Source: Octopus bimaculoides (Eukaryota). From it: a stretch of DNA of 64,000 bases. The notes under the pieces were generated by a model. That model had not been told where the DNA came from and did not search any database. It saw only the letters and a program-made list of their open reading frames with translations. The position numbers were made by a program, and so were the translations under genes. The stretch covers positions 93,426,885 to 93,490,884 of the forward strand of contig NC_068982.1 of NCBI RefSeq assembly GCF_001194135.2, given 5' to 3'. Every line of letters starts with the position of its first letter. The stretch's first letter is position 1. Of the stretch, positions 1 to 10,881 are shown in pieces.

Positions 1-141
1 AGCATTTTATAGCCTACTATAACGTACAATAAAATAAAGTATAATAGAATTAATTAAAAATTATTTAAACATTTTTAAATATATATATATACCTTACCTG
101 TTATTAGTCTGTGAGGAAAGAAGATAGTATTATCTTCTTTC

Positions 142-144
<3 letters not shown>

Positions 145-174
<30 letters not shown>
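145..174. repeat. (AT)n microsatellite
   Basis: Direct dinucleotide run. Confidence 0.95.
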
Positions 175-176
<2 letters not shown>

Positions 177-372
177 TCTCTTTACTCTTTTATTTGTTTC
201 AGTCATTTGACTGTGGCCATGCTGGAACACTGCCTTTAGTCAAGCAAATGAACCCCAGGACTTATTCTTTCTAAGCTTAGTACTTATTCTATCGGTCTCT
301 TTTGCCGAACCACTAAGTTTATGGGGACGTAAACACATCAGCATCGGTTGTCAAGCGATGTTGGGGTACAAA
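175..372 (-). mobile_element. SINE 3' portion (octopus-type, (CTCTTT)-like tail)
   Basis: ACTCTTTTATTTGTTTCAGTCATTTGACTGTGGCCATGCTGG...GGGGACGTAAACACATCAGCATCGGTTGTCAAGCG. A related tail fragment occurs at ~60720-60770. Confidence 0.7.
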
Positions 373-374
373 TA

Positions 375-640
375 ATGCCCTTCCTAACGCCAACCACTCC
401 AAGAGTGTAACGAATGCTTTTTTACGTGCCACTGGCACAGAGGCCAGAGGGGGGCTGGCATTGACCATGATCGGATGGTGCTTTTTACATGCCACCGGTA
501 CGGAAGCCAGACAAGATGGCGCTGGCATTGGCCACGTTCAGGTGGTGTTTTTTACGTGTCACCACCACGGGGATTACAACTACAATTTCCATTTGACTGT
601 GATTTGATTTGATTTTGATGTACTTGACTCAATATGTCTC
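375..640 (-). repeat. RTE-tail-associated repeat with ~65-bp imperfect tandem units
   Basis: CCTTCCTAACGCCAACCACTCC followed by three TGCTTTTTACGTGCCAC... units; same motif at ~61280-61340 next to an RTE 3' end. Confidence 0.6.
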
Positions 641-949
641 CTCAAGCACGGCATGTCGCCCTACGTCCCAAGGAACTTTTGAGTGGGCTGGTTATGTGAC
701 ACCGGTGTGGGCTACAGCTGTGAACTCACTTTATTTGTTGAGTCTTCTCAGTCACAGTATGTATGTATATATACATTCATATTATTTTCAAATCATCAAT
801 GATATTTCTGGGGTCTCAGGGACTTTGGATCTTTCATGCATCTATATATTATATAGTATAAATGAATGTATGTTTGTGTGTATGTATATACATGTATGTA
901 CCATCATCGTTATAATCACTTTTACATCTGCTTTTACAGGTTTGCTTGA

Positions 950-1400
950 GTTGGACAGCTACTTTCCAATGCTGTAGTTTGCAATTTGTTGGGCTCTTTT
1001 ATCAGGCTCAACAACCTAAACTTTCAACACTTCTACTCTTTTGTTCTTTAGTTTTCTCCTTTTATAGTTTTCTTCCATTTGGATCTCCAGGTACTTGCTT
1101 ATTCACCTGTTGTCAGCCATACATATTGCATACTCATACCAATGCAATCTTCTCTCTTACATACCACAACTCTATTCCTCTTAAATCCAGTATATCTCTG
1201 AGCTCATCTGTACAACATCATTCATGGGTACCAACATTACACAATATGCAGAGTATGCTTCCTTTATTTTTCTCTGGCCTTCACACATCCTCTGCATTCA
1301 ATGTCCACTGGTCACCAACATGTAACATCATACTTTGTACATAAGCCATGTACAAAATGCCATTCTCTCAAAGACGTTGCCAACAGAGACAACAGCACCC
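950..1400 (-). mobile_element. Degraded RTE LINE 3' fragment
   Basis: Minus-strand translation LNAEDV..ILCILCNVG..ELRDILDLRGI resembles the RTE ORF C-terminus seen at 61773-61964. Confidence 0.55.
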
Positions 1401-1629
1401 AGTCCATTTTGCATAGTATTTGGTGACAGAGAGGGCATTCACTCTAAACATCAATGCCAAAAATAGTGTATAGAGTAAAAATGGGCTTAAAAAAAGGTTC
1501 CAGGAGCTTTTATTCCACCAACAACAAAGGTCTTCTTTTGTATTGTAAAAAACAGAATATATGAAGCGTCTGTACAAAGTATTATGTTACATGGTAGGAA
1601 GATATCAATCTTGCATGCAGCGGGTATGC

Positions 1630-1960
1630 AAAGACTATAAAGAAGTGAAGTGAGCATACTTCATTGGGCGTGCAATGTTAGTGTGCATAAGTGACGTGTA
1701 CAAATGAACTGAGAGAAAATTTGTGCCTTAGAAATATCAAATGCAGTGTCCAAAAGTGAAGACTGTTCTGAGTATGGATATGCAATGTATATGGATGATG
1801 ACAGTTGTGTTAAGAAGTGGATGGAACTCGTGGAAGGAGGAAGATTGAAGAAGACTTGGGATGCAGTGAAGAAGATTGATCTCAAGATGTTAAATAATCA
1901 CGACTATTGACAATACACAAAGTCTGGCAACCTGTGCAAGCACAGCAAAAAATTTAAAAA
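1630..1960 (+). mobile_element. Degraded RTE LINE 3' fragment
   Basis: Translation SILHWACNVSVH..ELRE..YGYAMYMDDDSCVKK..GRLKKTWDAVKKIDL is a typical RTE C-terminus. Confidence 0.7.
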
Positions 1961-4454
1961 AGGGGATAGTGATGTTGGCTGGGTTATATACTACATATCT
2001 GCACCAAGGTTTTTCATCTTCTTGGTGCTCTGAGATGAGAAATTGCCAGCTTAGTACCTTTTCATCTCGTATCCCACCTCCTATTCATTGTCATAATCTG
2101 AGTAATGAAGAAAAACATTAGATCCATCCATACTCTGTTTCCATACAACTATTTGTATATCCATAGTCCCCCTCTCCCTCCTATTACGATGTCTGAGATG
2201 TCCCAGTATGACTGCAGTCCAATGACTAGAAACCATGAAAGAATTGAAGTACGAGTCATCTGAGCTTTTATTACGATAAGTTTGTGATGAGGATTCGATT
2301 TTCGGTTATTTCCTTTGTATCTGCAATATTCAACTTGCTGTTCAAAAGCCTCCACATGGTCGTTTGTCGTGTTAGAGATTGCAGAAAAACTTCCATCAAA
2401 TCATACCCTGCCGTTTTTCTTTTAAAGAAACCCACTGATTTTCGGTGTTGTGTATCAAATGATAATGTATGTAGGAGAAAGTTCGGTTCTACTAAGATGA
2501 ATTGCCTACGTTTTACATCATGAAGACGAAGTAATTTATAAGGTGCCACTACAATCTTGAGAAAGCAAGTCATTATATCTGACTCTAGAGAGAAGACTGG
2601 TGGTGCAGCAAGAACGAGCATTGAGGACGGTAGAAACATTTGGCTCAGAGTCGCAACATTTAACTCGTGCTGTTGTATCAGAGTTTTGCCGTGTACATCA
2701 GTGGTTGTCCTCGAGCAGTTCTAATTATTTGGGGTAGGGGAAGAAACACCTGCAGAGCTGCTTCACCGCCTGAGACATCGAATCTTGCTTTCGGAGAAGG
2801 AGCACAGCAGCATTCTCATAACATATGTGTTAACTCCAAATATAAGGTGTCATTACAATTCAATCTAAAAGATTGTGCGGTTTCATCACTTATATATAAC
2901 TGAGGAAACTGATCAATTTAAAAAAACAAAATTGAACATTTTGCAATTTCGATGTTGCAAATTTGGTAAATCGAAACTATGGAAGTATCTTTGGATACAG
3001 TAATTAAAGGGAAGAAAAGAAAAGTAGACAAGAGGAGAAGAAAAGAGAAGCCGTAATGTAACTGCAACAGTTCCAATTCTGTTTATGAAATGTGACATTT
3101 TATGTAAAGAGAAGAGAAAAACGTTTACATTAAACATTTAAAGTTGATATTTTAACAGTTAATAAGCTTTAAAATAAAGTAAATAAGAAAGAAAAATAGG
3201 GGTTAAGATATGAATTATTGTGCATGTCAAATGAGATAAGTATATATATCCGCTTTAAATAAACGTTAGATTTTAACCATGTTTTTTAAATCAAAAATAA
3301 GTATTTTAATCCCTCCTCCAGTTTCCATCTCTTTAAATCTGCCACAATATTTTCTTTTTTTANNNNNNNNNNNNNNNNNNNNNNNNNNNNNNNNNNNNNN
3401 NNNNNNNNNNNNNNNNNNNNNNNNNNNNNNNNNNNNNNNNNNNNNNNNNNNNNNNNNNNNNNNNNNNNNNNNNNNNNNNNNNNNNNNNNNNNNNNNNNNN
3501 NNNNNNNNNNNNNNNNNNNNNNNNNNNNNNNNNNNNNNNNNNNNNNNNNNNNNNNNNNNNNNNNNNNNNNNNNNNNNNNNNNNNNNNNNNNNNNNNNNNN
3601 NNNNNNNNNNNNNNNNNNNNNNNNNNNNNNNNNNNNNNNNNNNNNNNNNNNNNNNNNNNNNNNNNNNNNNNNNNNNNNNNNNNNNNNNNNNNNNNNNNNN
3701 NNNNNNNNNNNNNNNNNNNNNNNNNNNNNNNNNNNNNNNNNNNNNNNNNNNNNNNNNNNNNNNNNNNNNNNNNNNNNNNNNNNNNNNNNNNNNNNNNNNN
3801 NNNNNNNNNNNNNNNNNNNNNNNNNNNNNNNNNNNNNNNNNNNNNNNNNNNNNNNNNNNNNNNNNNNNNNNNNNNNNAATGCATGCGAATTTGGGGGTTT
3901 AATTTTGGCATTTAGATTAAAAGGAAACTGGAAGAAAAAGAAAACAACAAACTGGTGGCCTTTATTAGAAAAGTGTAATCTCAGAATTTATTGTCGATAT
4001 CAAGGATATGTGCTTCGAAACATCACATTATTAATGACATTCTTCTTCTTTTTGCCACACATTCTTCTACATTAGAGATCGAGAATATTGAGTCGACGGT
4101 CAAAAGATCGATGTGTAAAAGTTTGATAGTTGTCATAGAGACTTTAGTCTCTCTCTTTCACCTTTCAACATAATTCTATATTAAGGAACAGTAGAACAAT
4201 TCAACAACATAATAAAAATAAGTTTTACTTTTGATGATGCTTGGTTCTACAATTCCTGTCATTCAGCTTAGCAGCCGCTGATTAAGTTATAATTTGGTAT
4301 TTGAAGGTTAAGAGCTTCCTTGATGCCTGTCAGAGAAGCAAGTAGCTATCACCATCGAAGGCATCGCGGTGAAGAGTGCTTCGTTGAGGAGTTGTCACGT
4401 AGGTCTGTCGCTCAACTGCCTAAGAATGTGGAACTCACTCTTTAATTACTAGTT

Positions 4455-4555
4455 TTACTACGCATGCGCACTCGAGGGGCTTCCGGTGGTGAAGTCCCTT
4501 GCGCACGCGCAGAATAGTACTTCCTCAATGGCGGCTATAATTTCGCGCCACTACA
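4455..4555. promoter_or_regulatory. Putative housekeeping-type Pol II promoter (NRF1, ETS, YY1 and E2F-like motifs)
   Basis: CGCATGCGCA 4461-4470, CTTCCGGT 4480-4487, TGCGCACGCGCA 4500-4511, AATGGCGGC 4527-4535 and TTTCGCGCC 4541-4549 clustered in a CpG-rich patch. Confidence 0.55.
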
Positions 4556-5527
4556 GATGCTTCATGTTCCGTTACAATCATGATACTGTCTCTATTATAA
4601 AGACACACATTACTCAACGATCCAGTTCACAAAGTTATAAATAGATATCATCCCATAATAGTTTGAAGTGTGTGTGTGTGTACACATATGGATGGCTGCT
4701 GGTTGCTCAGAGTTGGTAAGTAAAAACGTTTTAATATGAGAGACGAAAAACATGAAAATTTGGCTTAGGAAGGAATTGCACAAGCTTATTAGAAACTTTT
4801 TATATGCTCCTCTTGTAAGACATAGAAAGTAGTGGCGTACTATCAAATGTTGCGTGTAAATAAGGCCTACTGAAAGGAAACCTTTAAGACATCACTATTT
4901 TCAAAAGGCTTCATGAGGAGTGTCAAGAAAAATTGCCTACCTATATTTACTTTTTAACGAACACGTGCCAACGTAGAACCCACTACATAGTTGATCTGCA
5001 AGAAATGGCGGTCAAATCTTCCTCAAAACCATACCATCTCGTCGCAGTATAGATTGATAATATGGATTTGAGTTCTTTGCTCGTAGGGTAAAAAACGGGA
5101 GGATTACGGCTGGAATGTACGATCAAAAATAAATCTTGGGGTTAACAAAAAACAATATCTGTGAAACCTGAAGAAATTGACCAATAGATTTTCGTATCAA
5201 ATTAAGAGTCGTTAGGTTTTATGGATTGCCTGCGGTTCAGATGTATTTGCTTGTTTATTCAGGGTCAACGATTCAAATGCAGTGAGAAATGATAATTCAT
5301 AATCCACCTCTTTCCTTTATTTTTTTTTATCAAGCTGAAAAGATTAACTAAATTAAGTAATATATCAAGATTTAATTTCATAAATGAAGATTCACTCAGG
5401 AGTCTGTTCACGTTAACTGCAGGTTTGCTAGTGATTTACATGGGCAATACGAGTCGGGCAGACCCAACTGCTGTACCGGAAATTTTCTTTTGCGTTTGGT
5501 GCTTCTGTGTTACGGTTCTTTCTGAGG

Positions 5528-5776
5528 GAAGACGGACGAAATGTCGCTAAGCATTTTGCCCCGCGTGCTAATGATTCTGCCAGCTCGCCGCTTATAATAA
5601 TAATAATAGTAATCCGTTCTATTAAAGGCACAAGGCATGAAATTTTGGGAGAGGGGACAAGTCGACTACATCGACTCCAGTGTTTCACTGATACTTAATT
5701 TATCAGCCCTGAAAGAATGAAAGCAAAGTCGACCTCGATGGAATTTGAACTCAGAGCGTAAAGACGGACGAAATGC
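5528..5776 (-). mobile_element. Two tandem tRNA-derived SINE pieces (GGCGAGCTGGCAGAA-head family)
   Basis: Head 5528-5592, (TAA)n spacer, then body/tail 5593-5776 with the B box (GAGTTCAAATTCC on -) and GTCGACTTTGC..CTTTCATTCTTTC domain. Confidence 0.85.
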
Positions 5777-6913
5777 AGCTACTCCACCGTAGCCTTGAAA
5801 TCAGCGGAGTGGGCACTATTACCTACTTACTGTGGCAAACGTGCGGCCAGAGTAAGGATAGGAAGAGTGCCCCCCCGAAATTGACGAGGCATGGCTTGTG
5901 GCAACCATCCTTTACAATACAGAAGAAGACACGGAAGTCCTGAAAATGTCAAGGACTGCGGAGGTGAACTGATGGGGATATTGGCTAGAGGTAATGGTCC
6001 ATATCAGCTTACCAGACCTCCATAAGATTGTCGAAGAGCTCGTTTTACCAGACGAAACCAGACTGAGAATTATTGTGGAAGGTAGACCTCCAATGTGTTT
6101 TGCATGTGGAGTAAGGGTTCACATGAAAGCCAAGTGTCCCCAGAAATACGAACAGGAGGAGGCGGAGAAAGAGAGTCGGGCAGAAGAGACTGTAACGCCA
6201 GAGGAGGAAAAGGAGTATACAATGGTAGAAAGGAAGAGAAAAAACATCGAATTACCACCTAAAAAGAAAAGAAAGACGGAGGAAAATAAGAACGAAAAAA
6301 GAAAATATGAGGTATCAACGGGAGAACGAATGCAAAGACCAGAGCCTTCAGCAAGCAATGCGGAAGAAAGACGGAAAAAGAGACTAGAAACCGAGAAGGA
6401 GCAACAAATAGAGATGGAAACATTAGCAACATGGGTAGAGAGTGAAGTGATACAGCTGAGAGAGCCACCGAAGGGGAAATACGAAAGAGTGATGGTTCAG
6501 TACGGAGTGTGGAAACAGAGAAAAGAATTTCCAAGATGAAAGGCGTGATAAGGATGAAGCTGGCCGACAAGGAGCAGAACTGGAATCAGAAAGCAGTGTT
6601 GTTGGAAGATTGAGAGAAATATTCGGAGACAAGATAGAGATAACAGCATTCCGATTTCGATATGACGAATTACCATCAGTGATAGAATTTGAGAAGTCAG
6701 GCTTTATGATGTAAACGCGATACAAATAATTATTGACTTCAAAAACAGTAAAATGGAACTTCCTACTCTGTGGGGTAGGAAAGCCATTTCATTTTCATTA
6801 TTTTCGTAATTCATAATTCATTCGTTATATGTTTTTATGCACCCCACGTTTTGTGTTGTCTGTCCTTGTGGTGTCCCCTCTATATTAAGGCTTTATGCCT
6901 ATCATAAAGAAAA
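5777..6913 (+). mobile_element. ORF1/gag-only retroposon copy A (5'-truncated, decayed)
   Basis: LLPTYCGKRAARVRIGRVPPEID...VEGRPPMCFACGVRVHMKAKC (CX2CX4HX4C); T-rich 3' UTR ending TGTCTGTCCTTGT..GTCCCCTCT..ATAAAGAAAA; no RT. Confidence 0.8.
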
Positions 6914-7741
6914 ATACCGGTTCAGAGGAACATGGTTAGGCCATATAAGAATAGATAGTTCAAATTGTACTCTTATTCCCCACAATGTATGACCGAGATA
7001 AACTTCAACGTTGAGTGATTCTACCACCTCTTCTGAGTAATATTAATGAAGGAACTTCTGAGTATGTTGTTTGGTGATGGAAAAGAAAGGGTAAAAAAGT
7101 AATTGAGCAAGCACTTCCCTGAGTACTATGAAATTTCCAAAGGGTAAACCCGAATGACACAATGAAACGTCACATTTAAAGACTGAATATCACAAAAGCA
7201 ATGCATTTGAGTAATTTATCAACTCTTAATATGTAACAAATTATTCAATTAAAATTTTTTGCTTTCTTTCGTTTGCAAAATCATTTAGAACCACCACTAT
7301 TTATTTTAAATTATGTCATTTCGGGAAAATTACTTTCAACTATTTAAATGTAATTTAAATGGCAGGAGTCATGTCACAGATAAAAAAATTCTCTTTTACT
7401 TTTTTTTTTAATGCTTGTTTTTACCATTGAAATTAGCAACAGTAACCTGCTGCTCACAGCACTGCCCTCTTAATTCCTTAATTAAGTTGTCTGAGTGGTG
7501 TATAATACTGGCAAGGATAAACAGGAACATCTTAACACTTGAATGCTGGTACGTTAGGAGTGTGAAGCTGGCTGGCTTGTTGCCTGTAGCATTCGTCATA
7601 TTTTTGGAAGAATACTTCCACGTAAAGCGAAATTACGCCTTCTCGCAGTAAGTAAAACTCTGTTAGATTGTCAAATATTGTTGTTGACTTCTTTTTAAAA
7701 AATATATTTGTGTCTAATAATTGCTGAATATATAAACATGT

Positions 7742-8115
7742 AATCGTCGTAGCACTCTGTCGGCTACGACGTCGAGGGTTCCAGTTGATCCGATCAACGG
7801 AACAGCCTGCTCGTGAAATTAACGTGCAAGTGGCTGAGCACTCCACAGACACGGGTACCCTTAACGTAGTTCTCGGGGGGATTCAGCGTGACACTGTGTG
7901 ACAAGGCTGGCCCTTTGAAATGCAGGTACAATAGAAACAAAAAGAGTGAAAGTTGTGGAGAAAATAGTACAGCAAAGTTGCCCCCCCCCTGCCAAAGCCT
8001 CGTGGAGCTTTAGGTGTTTTCGTTCAATAAACACTCACAGCGCCCGGTCTGGGAATCGAAACCGCGATCGCGCGAGTCCGCTGCCCTAGTCACTGGGCCA
8101 TTGCGCCTCCACAAA
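7742..8115 (-). mobile_element. tRNA-derived SINE (second family)
   Basis: On -, head GTGGAGGCGCAATGGCCCAGTG..GGTTTCGATTCCC (A/B boxes); body matches the copy at 15340-15565. Confidence 0.8.
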
Positions 8116-8636
8116 CATGTAATAATAGCTGACAGAATCGTTGGAGCATCAAGCAAAATGCAAGCAGCATTTCTTCGAGGTCGGCTTTGCTTTACATCCT
8201 TTCGTGATCGATAAAATAANNNNNNNNNNNNNNNNNNNNNNNNNNNNNNNNNNNNNNNNNNNNNNNNNNNNNNNNNNNNNNNNNNNNNNNNNNNNNNNNN
8301 NNNNNNNNNNNNNNNNNNNNNNNNNNNNNNNNNNNNNNNNNNNNNNNNNNNNNNNNNNNNNNNNNNNNNNNNNNNNNNNNNNNNNNNNNNNNNNNNNNNN
8401 NNNNNNNNNNNNNNNNNNNNNNNNNNNNNNNNNNNNNNNNNNNNNNNNNNNNNNNNNNNNNNNNNNNNNNNNNNNNNNNNNNNNNNNNNNNNNNNNNNNN
8501 NNNNNNNNNNNNNNNNNNNNNNNNNNNNNNNNNNNNNNNNNNNNNNNNNNNNNNNNNNNNNNNNNNNNNNNNNNNNNNNNNNNNNNCGTTCATTGTATCC
8601 AAGTAAGAAACCAATGTTTCGACTTACAAAAGAGAT

Positions 8637-10881
8637 CAGTATTTCCCAACCATTTTTTTCTGGCGAGCCACTTTTTAATAACAAAAAATCTGGTACCCAT
8701 CAACATTTTTTTTTAATATAGAAACACGATTTTTAATTCAATTACCTGGCCGACAGATACCTCGACTCATTTAGTGAGAACCCTCTGCCTGGTGCATACG
8801 GCACAGATCCTTGATTTGAGGAGATAATTTTGTTAACTTCAGCCGTAGATCGCCGCATTTTCCAATTTCAAGCCAGTTTCTCTTGACCTCCAGCAAATTG
8901 TCAACTGCACTGAATTTACATTCGACCAAATAAGACGAAGGAAAATGAATCAATAGTTCTCTTGTTGATGTAGAGATATTAGGGTTTTTTTTTTTCAATT
9001 TAAACAAAGTCTTCACAGATTCATCATGTTGCGATTCTGATAACTCTCCTTGGTACTGAACTGCAGCATCAGAAACGTCAATCAGCAGTGGTTGAGTTAA
9101 CCAAGAGGGAAAATTCATTGCCTTCAGATCACAAAATCTGTCGTTGAAGTCCTTTATTAAGATATTCAAATGGTCAATAATTTTGATGGCAGCCTCATTC
9201 GTTATCTAACATTTACTCAACCAGTATAACTGACTGAAATTTCTTTTGGAAACATTTTTTTTTCTTTTTTGGCATATATCGAGGGCTGTAATAAATCCCA
9301 AAATCTTTGCTTTCACGTCAACAAGCGTCATGCTTGTACCTTGGAGTTGTTTATTCAAGTTTCCAAGTTTATCAAAGATGTCTGTCAAATAACTGACAAA
9401 CGCTTTTCCATCCGTTGTTGACAGTATTTTCACTTCACATTTATCACTGAGAAAGTTGTTAAGATTATCAAATAATTCGATGAACCTTAAGCTATTTCCA
9501 CTTGATAACCACCTTACTTCTGTACGAAGTAATTATCGAACATGCTTTGATTTATACAAAACTGCTTAAAAAGACGTTTGGCTTTGGGATTTGCTTTTAT
9601 GCTTTTGATACACTTGATCACAGCTCATAGAATTTTGTTAAGAACAGGAGACAGTTCCTTGGCAACCAAGTTTTCTCGGTGTAGAGGTAATGGGCAATCA
9701 GCATATTTGGATTTTCAACCTTCATCATTTTTAAGCATCCCGTTTTCTTGCCCATCATAGCAGGTGCACCGTCTGCCGCGCATGACAGTAAGTTTTCTTT
9801 CGGTATTTTGTTTGTATCCAAATAATGTTTAAGTTTGCTGTGGATATCCTTTGCAGTTGTGGTTGTTTCCAATGACTCACAAAATATCTCTTCCTAAAAA
9901 GTCTTGTGTTCAATATATCTCACGTAAGTCAATAACAGGGCCTCACTGTCCTGACATGTGGATTTATCCATTAGTAATGAGAATTTTCTTGATTTTTAAT
10001 ATCTCAATAAGCTGGTTTTCAACATCTTGCCCCATTTCACCAATTCTTTTGGAGACAGTGTTATTACTGAATAACATGGCCTTAACATCTCTATCATCTT
10101 TTTGTTGTACAGTTTTTAAGAATACTAGATAGCTGGTTTAATCAGTTGCTTTCCAACAGTGTGATTCTTTCCATGTTTTGCTATAAGCAGGGAGATTTCG
10201 TAGCTGGCTTCGAGGGTACGAGTGCGGGACGCATGTTGTGAAGTGAATTTTGTTCGGTTTTCAAATTTTTCTTTCAGTGATTTGAAGTACTCTAAATCTG
10301 AATTAGAATTGTTGGGATGTCTCATCCTCAAGTGCGCTTTTAGCCTGCCTGCCTTCATTGGCTCATTTTCTGATGACACAATAAGCAGAATGGTTTGCGC
10401 TCATTATGCTCATCGGGAATAAACCCAAACTTCAAAATCTCCACTGAATATTGACGAGTTTTCTTCTTGCTTTGTTTATTAATTTTAAAAAGGGCTGACA
10501 CAAATCCAAGCAAGCGATGAAGCAATGGAAATGACGATTTTTGCACTGCGTAGAAAGAAAGGGATTCGAAGGAATCAGCAATAGTGAGCGGGGTTGACTG
10601 CTGCTTTTATAAACGCTTGACACTGGACAATAGATATTGAAACAGAGAAACAAACGCCTAACAAAAGCAGATACCTCACTCTGTACGCTGATTGGTCGTA
10701 GCTACATCGAATCCCATGGTTTAAGTATAAATGTTGCATGGCGATGTTTTCTTTAGTTTCAGTGTCCAAAGATATGCTTAGGGTCGACAAGTGTGCGCTC
10801 AAGTCACTTGCAAAAAATTTCACAACCCACGCTGAGGCACGCCCCACCGGTGGGGCGTACGCCTCACGTTGAGAAACACTG
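8637..10881 (-). mobile_element. hAT DNA transposon, Buster/Charlie type
   Basis: TIRs CAGTATTTCCCAAC (8637) and GTTGAGAAACACTG (to 10881); right flank CTCTAGAT fits the NTCTAGAN target, left flank only partly matches. Confidence 0.85.
8771..10480 (-). pseudogene. Buster/ZBED8/FAM200-like hAT transposase, frameshifted
   Basis: RQYSVEILKFGFIP..KPFCLLC (BED-like), LLSCAADGAPAMMGK, FPSSYLVECKFSAV..GDLRLKLT; split across several frames. Confidence 0.85.

Noticed and set aside
2445-2500. VVYQMIMYVGES, reminiscent of a Penelope GIY-YIG motif
   Set aside because: It lacks the CxxC spacing and any adjacent RT similarity; too short to call.
3279-3911. Long ORFs at 3.3, 8.0, 15.5 and 30.5 kb
   Set aside because: They are made of X residues from N gaps; no coding evidence.
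6070-6725. Hydrophobic F/S/L-rich ORFs antisense to the ORF1-like genes (also near 20.2-20.7, 33.1 and 34.9 kb)
   Set aside because: They are artefacts of reading purine-rich K/E-coding DNA on the opposite strand.
8040-8115. tRNA-like sequences with A and B boxes
   Set aside because: They are SINE heads continuing into SINE bodies and have no cloverleaf; not tRNA genes.
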